Positions 58,269 through 64,000 of a stretch of DNA of 64,000 nucleotides are shown here, piece by piece. Both the position numbers and the translations under genes were made by a program. The notes beneath the pieces were generated by a model. It made no database searches. It had not been told where the DNA came from and saw nothing but the letters and a program-made list of their open reading frames with translations. This DNA comes from a bacterium (GTDB lineage Bacteria > Cyanobacteriota > Vampirovibrionia > Obscuribacterales > JAKAZS01), in contig JAKAZS010000004.1 of NCBI GenBank assembly GCA_021815785.1, positions 58-64,057 on the forward strand, in the 5' to 3' direction. How positions within the stretch are numbered: the stretch's first letter is position 1; each line of letters begins with the position of its first letter.

Positions 58269-60146
58269 ATGTCACAAGTAACTGCTATTGATACAATAAC
58301 CCAATTAGCTAAACAATTAAAAATAGATAGTATAAGGTGTACGACGCAAGCAGGCTCAGGTCACCCAACCTCGTCCATGTCAGCTAGTGACATAATGGCA
58401 GTTTTACTTGCCAAGCATTTAAATTATGATTTTGATAATCCAAAATCACTCACCAACGATCGCTTAATTTTTTCTAAAGGTCATGCCAGTCCACTACTTT
58501 ATTCACTTTACAAAGCCTGTGGCGCAATTAGCGACCAGGAATTAATGAGTTTACGTAAATTTGGTTCACGACTAGAAGGCCATCCAGTTCCCGAAATTTT
58601 ACCTTATGTAGACGTGGCAACCGGATCGCTTGGCCAAGGACTACCCATGGCTCTTGGCATGGCTATTAATGGTAAATATCTGGATAAAAATAATTATAAA
58701 GTTTATGTTTTACTGGGCGACAGTGAAATGGCCGAGGGTTCAGTCTGGGAAGCCATGAATTTAGCCTCATACTATAAACTGGATAATTTAATCGCCATAC
58801 TTGACATGAATCGTCTGGGTCAAAGAGGAGAAACCTCCATTGGTTGGAATTCAACACTGTATGCGCAAAGAGCTAGTGCTTTTGGCTTCCATACCATTGA
58901 AATTGATGGACACGACATTAATCAGATTGATAAAGCCTTAGTTGAAGCTAAAGCCAATACAGTTAAGCCAACTTTTATTATCGCCAAAACTATTAAAGGA
59001 CAAGGTGTCACACTTACGGCCAATAAAGAAAACTGGCACGGCAAACCTTTAAATGCTAGCGAAGCTAAAGATGCCATCGCCGAACTGGGCGGTATTCAAG
59101 AAGTAACGATAAAAGTAAATAAACCCAAAGAAATCAAACTACCGAAAAATGAGAAACTCGATTTAGCAACTGTTAAAACTCTGGAATTTACGGATAAAGC
59201 GTCAACTCGTGAAGTCTATGGTGATACGCTTAAAATCATTGGTGATGTCTATAAAAACATGGCTGTTATTGATGCCGAAGTTTCCAATTCTACCTATGCT
59301 GATAAATTCAAACACGCTCATAGTGAACGGTTTTTCGAAATGTTCATTAGCGAACAAGCCATGCTCGGCTGTGGTATTGGTCTAGCTAGCTTGAATAAAG
59401 TAGTATTTGCCTCAACTTTTGCTGCCTTTTTAACCAGAGCCTATGATTTTATCAGAATGGGCAGCATTTGTCGCAGCAACCTCAATCTATGTGGCTCACA
59501 CGCAGGTGTATCCATTGGCGCTGACGGCCCATCGCAAATGGCCTTAGAAGATATTGCCATGATGCGGGCAATTCATGGCAGTACGGTTTTATACCCTTGT
59601 GATGCTTATAGTGCCATGCATTTAGTAATGCTTATGGCGAACCACAATCAAGGTATCAGCTATATCAGAACTACCCGTGAAAAAACCCCAATTGTTTATA
59701 ATAAAGATACTAAATTTACTATTGGTGGCAGTCATACCCTTAAAGAATCCGCTAAGGACAAACTAACATTAATAGCAGCTGGCATAACGGTATTTGAAGC
59801 ATTAAAAGCTTATGAAGAACTAAAATCACAAAATATTAATGTAAGGGTTATCGATCTTTATTCAATTAAACCAATAGATAAAGTAGCTTTACATAAAGCA
59901 GCCAAAGAAACTGGTAAATTTATTGTCGTGGAAGATCATTTTGTTGATGGTGGCATTGGTGATGCTGTTTTAGATGCCTTTACGCTGGATCCTCATAGTG
60001 AAGTAGTACCAACAACTTGCCTGCCCCAAGTTCTTAAACTGGCAGTTCGTCGTCTTGTTGGCTCAGGCACACCCGAAGAATTAATGGACTGTGCAAAAAT
60101 TACTGCTAAACATATTGTCGAAGCTACGCATAAATTACTTAAATAA
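58269..60146 (+). CDS. tkt: transketolase, short (~625 aa) single-chain type
   Basis: AGSGHPTSSMSASDIMAVL, TPP motif LGDSEMAEGSVWEA, NLIAILDMNRLGQ, and complete Pyr and C-terminal domains. AGGAG ribosome-binding site upstream. Confidence 0.9.
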   Translation: MSQVTAIDTITQLAKQLKIDSIRCTTQAGSGHPTSSMSASDIMAVLLAKHLNYDFDNPKSLTNDRLIFSKGHASPLLYSLYKACGAISDQELMSLRKFGSRLEGHPVPEILPYVDVATGSLGQGLPMALGMAINGKYLDKNNYKVYVLLGDSEMAEGSVWEAMNLASYYKLDNLIAILDMNRLGQRGETSIGWNSTLYAQRASAFGFHTIEIDGHDINQIDKALVEAKANTVKPTFIIAKTIKGQGVTLTANKENWHGKPLNASEAKDAIAELGGIQEVTIKVNKPKEIKLPKNEKLDLATVKTLEFTDKASTREVYGDTLKIIGDVYKNMAVIDAEVSNSTYADKFKHAHSERFFEMFISEQAMLGCGIGLASLNKVVFASTFAAFLTRAYDFIRMGSICRSNLNLCGSHAGVSIGADGPSQMALEDIAMMRAIHGSTVLYPCDAYSAMHLVMLMANHNQGISYIRTTREKTPIVYNKDTKFTIGGSHTLKESAKDKLTLIAAGITVFEALKAYEELKSQNINVRVIDLYSIKPIDKVALHKAAKETGKFIVVEDHFVDGGIGDAVLDAFTLDPHSEVVPTTCLPQVLKLAVRRLVGSGTPEELMDCAKITAKHIVEATHKLLK

Positions 60147-60334
60147 TTTAGACCTTCTTATTTAAGAGCAGAATTAAATTATTTCTGGGCTGAAATATGT
60201 ATAAGAAATTATGCTGATGGATCTACATAGTTTAGAATATTTAACTGACAAGAAATAGCCTTAAAATTTATTTGTTGATTTGCGACCGGGCTTATCTCTA
60301 CGTTTAAATCAATCTTAATACAAACATAAATAGT

Positions 60335-60907
60335 TTAAATAAAATTCGTCTTAAGTATAAGTGCCTTAGCCAAAATTTCAATATAATCCTCATGGCTAAT
60401 AATTTTAGCGCCAAAACTACTCAAGTGATTAGTCTGATATTGACAGTCTAAAATCATAAACTTTTTTTGTTGAAGTCGTTTTACTAAATACACCAGGCAA
60501 ACTTTAGAAGCATCTGTTAATGTATGAAACATTGATTCACCCATAAATGCACCACCAATACTAACACCATAAAGACCGCCAACCAAATTATTTTCACAAT
60601 AAGCTTCAACACTATGAGCAAAGCCTAATTCATGTAATTTAGTATAGATATCGATAATTTTAGCACTTATCCAGGTATCATCTCGATTCGCACACATCTG
60701 CATCGTTAGTTTAAAATTCTGGTTAATTTTAATATCAAAAATTCCTTGTCTTATTTTACGTTCTAATCTTTTATGATAATGAAACTGATCAAGAAAAAAT
60801 ACACAGCGCCTAGGTGGGCAATACCAGGCTAATTCATTAAATTCATCACCCATAGGAAAAATTCCCAAGGTATAACCTTTTAATACTTCCAAATAGGTAA
60901 TATCCAT
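60335..60907 (-). CDS. aat: leucyl/phenylalanyl-tRNA--protein transferase
   Basis: GIFPMGD, WYCPPRR and GGLYGVSIGGAFMGESMF are typical Aat motifs. Confidence 0.85.
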   Translation of the reverse strand: MDITYLEVLKGYTLGIFPMGDEFNELAWYCPPRRCVFFLDQFHYHKRLERKIRQGIFDIKINQNFKLTMQMCANRDDTWISAKIIDIYTKLHELGFAHSVEAYCENNLVGGLYGVSIGGAFMGESMFHTLTDASKVCLVYLVKRLQQKKFMILDCQYQTNHLSSFGAKIISHEDYIEILAKALILKTNFI

Positions 60908-61076
60908 ATTTAATACTTAACCCTAGATTAGCTAATAAAATTGGCCCATTTCCCAAATTTTACATTGGCTATTTTTACTTAAATTCAATCTGTTTATACT
61001 ATAATTATTGGCTGCTAGTCCACATCTAATATTACAATATTAATAAAACTAATTATATTGTAATAGGCAAAAAATA

Positions 61077-61640
61077 TTACTTTGCCATCAGCATAGTTTT
61101 AGGACAATTATTATGGTGAAGATATTGCGGTAAACAATATTTAAAATTTTGGTAGGTTAATTCATTTTCTTTAAATAATTCACTGACCGATTCTTCTACA
61201 ATATTGGGTGGCAAAGTCACAAAGAAGGCATCACAGTCAAATTTATGGTCAATTCGCGTAAGGTAAAGATAGCGAGCCTCAGGATGTTTAATCGCCATCT
61301 CATATAAAATCCCACCACCAATAACCAAGATATTTTCACAAGCATCAGCCTTAACTAGAGCATCATCGAACGAAATAGCCTGAACAACATGTTGTGGCAA
61401 TTCAAGCTTTAAATTAGTGGATAATACAATATTAACCCGTTTCGGTAGCGGTTTTACTGGTAAAGATTCAAAGGTCTTACGCCCCATAATAATAGCATTT
61501 TGCTTATTGGTATCACTGGTTTTAGAAGTAATATTATAAAAATATTTTAAATCACCTTTTAGTTTCCAGGGCATGGAATTTTTACTCCCAATACCATTAT
61601 TACGGTCAACGGCTACAATTATATCAAAATGTCGCATCAT
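61077..61640 (-). CDS. folA: dihydrofolate reductase
   Basis: IVAVDRNNGIG..NSMPW, IMGRKTFES and VIGGGILY. The probable start is ATG 61640, 6 nt after GGAG; the track start at 61652 lies inside the ribosome-binding site. Confidence 0.85.
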   Translation of the reverse strand: MMRHFDIIVAVDRNNGIGSKNSMPWKLKGDLKYFYNITSKTSDTNKQNAIIMGRKTFESLPVKPLPKRVNIVLSTNLKLELPQHVVQAISFDDALVKADACENILVIGGGILYEMAIKHPEARYLYLTRIDHKFDCDAFFVTLPPNIVEESVSELFKENELTYQNFKYCLPQYLHHNNCPKTMLMAK

Positions 61641-61725
61641 TACCTTCTCCATAAAAAAGTTTTTGCTAACTCAATCGCTTCAGGCCAGCTAAAACAGTCA
61701 TTATTAATATAACACCATTTAAACG

Positions 61726-62544
61726 TTAAACCGCTATGGGCAATTTAATAAAGCCTTGGTGGACATAATTCACTAATTCAAAGTCTGCAAAAGTTAAATC
61801 AAAAAATGCTTTCTTAGCTATCTTAACAGTAGGTAATTGACCTGGTGTTCTAGTTAATTGCATTTTAACGGCATCAATATGATTTTGATAAATATGCACA
61901 TCGCCAAAACTATGAATTAAACGACCGGGCTCTAGATTACATTCATTAGCTAACATCATCGTCAATAAAGCATAGCTAGCAATATTAAAGGGTACACCAA
62001 TCGCTAAATCAGCTGAGCGCTGATATAGTTTGCAATCAAGATATTGAGTATTACGTACATAAAACTGACACATCATATGACAAGGTGGCAAAGCCATTTT
62101 ATCCAAATCAGCTACATTCCAGGCCGTTAAAATAAGGCGGCGTGAATCTGGATTGGTTTTAATCAAATGAATAATGTTTTTAATTTGATCAATATGCGAC
62201 TTAACATATTGATTCTGTTGATGGTCAAATTCAAATTTTTCCCAATAACGCCATTGATAACCATAAACTGGTCCAAGATCACCGTTTTCATCAGCCCAGT
62301 CATTCCATATAGGCGTATATTCTTTTAAATCATCATTAATATTAGTCGAGCCTTTTAAAAACCAGAGTAATTCTCTTAACACCCCATTAAAATTAACTTT
62401 TTTGGTAGTTAATAAAGGAAAACCATCTTGAATATCATAAATTGCTTGTAGACCAAACATTGATATCGTACCAACGCCGGTTCTATCTTTTTTTACTTCG
62501 CCATGCTCCAGAACCTGGGCTAATAAATCCAAATATTGCTGCAT
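61726..62544 (-). CDS. thyA: thymidylate synthase (ThyA)
   Basis: DRTGVGT, LGPVYGYQWR, active-site ALPPCH and DVHIY. Confidence 0.95.
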   Translation of the reverse strand: MQQYLDLLAQVLEHGEVKKDRTGVGTISMFGLQAIYDIQDGFPLLTTKKVNFNGVLRELLWFLKGSTNINDDLKEYTPIWNDWADENGDLGPVYGYQWRYWEKFEFDHQQNQYVKSHIDQIKNIIHLIKTNPDSRRLILTAWNVADLDKMALPPCHMMCQFYVRNTQYLDCKLYQRSADLAIGVPFNIASYALLTMMLANECNLEPGRLIHSFGDVHIYQNHIDAVKMQLTRTPGQLPTVKIAKKAFFDLTFADFELVNYVHQGFIKLPIAV

Positions 62545-62584
62545 TATTTAATTAACTCCACGGTATTAAATTGTACACCTAATT

Positions 62585-62616
62585 TTAAGGCCAATTTTAA
62601 CAAAAATTAGCCTTAA
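62585..62616 (-). terminator. strong stem-loop between the small His-rich ORF and thyA
   Basis: TTAAGGCCAATTTT / AAAATTAGCCTTAA: a 14-position stem with one mismatch and a 4-nt AACA loop. No clean U-tract. Confidence 0.3.
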
Positions 62617-62670
62617 CGTCTAGATGCATAGGTATATATATCAACAAGTCAAGCTTAATTGATATTACTC

Positions 62671-62922
62671 TCAATTTGGGTTATTACCATTGCCTGCATT
62701 ATTGCCATTGCTGGCGTTATTACCATTACGATTGACATGGCGATGACGTCGGTGATGGTGATGACGTCGATGATGGCGACGACAATTATTTGGTTGATTT
62801 TGGTTGCCCGCCTGGAAATTCTGGTTACCCAAATTATTGGCTTGAGCATGACTAGGTAGACTACTCATGCAAATACCTAAAAATATTCCTAAAGCTAAAC
62901 AAAATTTGAGAAAATTATTCAT
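62671..62922 (-). CDS. small secreted His/Arg/Asn-rich protein (83 aa)
   Basis: Signal peptide MNNFLKFCLALGIFLGICMSSLPSHA. The mature part is ANNLGNQNFQAGNQNQPNNCRRHHRRHHHHRRHRHVNRNGNNASNGNNAGNGNNPN. Confidence 0.45.
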   Translation of the reverse strand: MNNFLKFCLALGIFLGICMSSLPSHAQANNLGNQNFQAGNQNQPNNCRRHHRRHHHHRRHRHVNRNGNNASNGNNAGNGNNPN

Positions 62923-63163
62923 GATTTAGATCTCCATAAATTTTTAATTCATAATAAAGTTAATGACTTACACTTATTAATTTTAGTTTCTGGGCAAACC
63001 AGCTAAAAGCTTATAAATCAAATAAACAACTTAAAACTTACGATAATTTAACGAAAAAGTGTTCTGCTGTTTACTAAAACTTTAATAATGAAAAAATCAG
63101 CTGGCTATATAGTCAATTATTAATAGTCAATAAAAAATCTTAATGAATCAAAAATAATATTTT

Positions 63164-64000
63164 TTAAGTAACTTTTTTAAATTTAATGATAATTTTTAGG
63201 CCTGAAGGATTTTGACTACTTTCCAAACTAATCTTGCCTTTATGTGCCTTAACTATTTCGCTGACAATCGACAGACCAAGCCCAGTTCCATCGGCGGAGC
63301 TTTTGGGTATACGATAAAACCGCTCAAAAACCAGTTCCTGATGTTCTTTAGGGATACCAGGCCCATCATCTTCAACCACCAGAACAATATCCTCACTGGT
63401 TTCATAAAGGATGGCCGTTATTTTTGCACCTTCATTACAATAAGTAAGTGAATTATGCAAAAGATTTTCCACCATGGTGACGATACTGTTTGGCTCTGCA
63501 AATATATATAAGCTTTGCGATCTAGCTTCATAGCCTAAGTCCATATTTTTACTTATGGCAACAGGCACGAATTTACTTACAGTTTTTTCCACTAAATCGT
63601 TTAAATTGACACTTGTTTTCGCAAATCCTTTTTGGTTTAATGCTTCAGAAGTCAACAACGACAATAGTTGTTTAATCATATGCGCCATTTTATCAATGCC
63701 ATCTTGGGAATTAGCTAAAGCGGCACCTACTTTGTCATCTTGAGTATACGACTTAGCCAAGTCATTATAGGTTTTAATTAATGCTAATGGTGTTCTTAAA
63801 TGATGGGCAGCATTAGCAATAAAGCGTTCACGAGATTCATTATCATTTTCAATACGATTAAACAAGTCATTTATGGCTTTAACCAACGGTTTAATTTCTT
63901 GAGGAACCATTTCCTGAGATAATGGCGTTAAATTTGTACTAGATCTTTTAGCTATTGCGGCTGAAGTTGCATGCAAAGACTCTAGACTCTTTATTGACGC
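63164..64000 (-). CDS. sensor histidine kinase, C-terminal transmitter part; 5' end lies outside the window
   Basis: H-box AAHHLRTPLALI, N-box LLHNSLTY, G1 DDGPGIP and G2 GTGLGLSIV. The frame stays open to the window edge. Confidence 0.8.
   Translation of the reverse strand, partial: ASIKSLESLHATSAAIAKRSSTNLTPLSQEMVPQEIKPLVKAINDLFNRIENDNESRERFIANAAHHLRTPLALIKTYNDLAKSYTQDDKVGAALANSQDGIDKMAHMIKQLLSLLTSEALNQKGFAKTSVNLNDLVEKTVSKFVPVAISKNMDLGYEARSQSLYIFAEPNSIVTMVENLLHNSLTYCNEGAKITAILYETSEDIVLVVEDDGPGIPKEHQELVFERFYRIPKSSADGTGLGLSIVSEIVKAHKGKISLESSQNPSGLKIIIKFKKVT

Noticed and set aside
62655-62859. Two Ile/Val/Thr/Met-rich ORFs (64 and 66 aa) overlapping the His-rich small ORF
   Set aside because: They are other-frame and antisense readings of the same CAT/CGT/AAT-rich repeats. 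Only the 62671-62922 frame has a plausible signal peptide and upstream context. The choice of frame remains unverified.
1-64000. Search by eye for tRNA/rRNA genes, CRISPR arrays, IS elements, integrases, toxin-antitoxin pairs and known defence systems
   Set aside because: I found no regularly spaced repeats, no T-loop/cloverleaf-like GC-rich islands in intergenic DNA, and no transposase, integrase or defence-type domains in any ORF. A proper tRNAscan, Infernal or PADLOC run would be needed to be definitive.

Overview
AT-rich bacterial chromosomal segment, densely packed with about 54 protein-coding genes on both strands. I recognised no rRNA, tRNA, CRISPR array, transposase or integrase. Most of the window is housekeeping: recR-ybaB, acs, dnaB, grpE-dnaJ, mutM, gdhA, ftsZ, hemL, a peroxiredoxin/thioredoxin-like pair, rplU-rpmA-murE, pyrC, tkt, aat and thyA-folA. 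FtsZ looks closest to cyanobacterial-lineage sequences by eye, so a non-photosynthetic relative such as Melainabacteria is a plausible but unverified source. Four regions stand out. (1) An alpha-glucan locus at 42.3-47.0 kb plus 53.5-55.7 kb holds a GlgX-type debranching enzyme and two GH15/phosphorylase-kinase-like paralogs. All three carry the same unrecognised Gly/Ala-rich hydrophobic N-terminal module of about 200 aa. (2) A 1.1 kb very AT-rich insertion is flanked by a 110-bp direct repeat (108/110 identical). It splits a former operon of S9 peptidase, an unknown membrane protein and a DMT transporter with a His-rich tail. (3) A lipid-type cluster contains tandem acyltransferase paralogs, the second of which has lost its catalytic motifs. 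(4) A small secreted His/Arg/Asn-rich peptide lies downstream of a sensor kinase. Other points are two DUF4388 proteins (one with a degenerate GGDEF-like domain), an atypical TPM-domain protein and a DUF1611/dipeptide-epimerase pair. All functional calls rest on motif recognition by eye; no database search was run.
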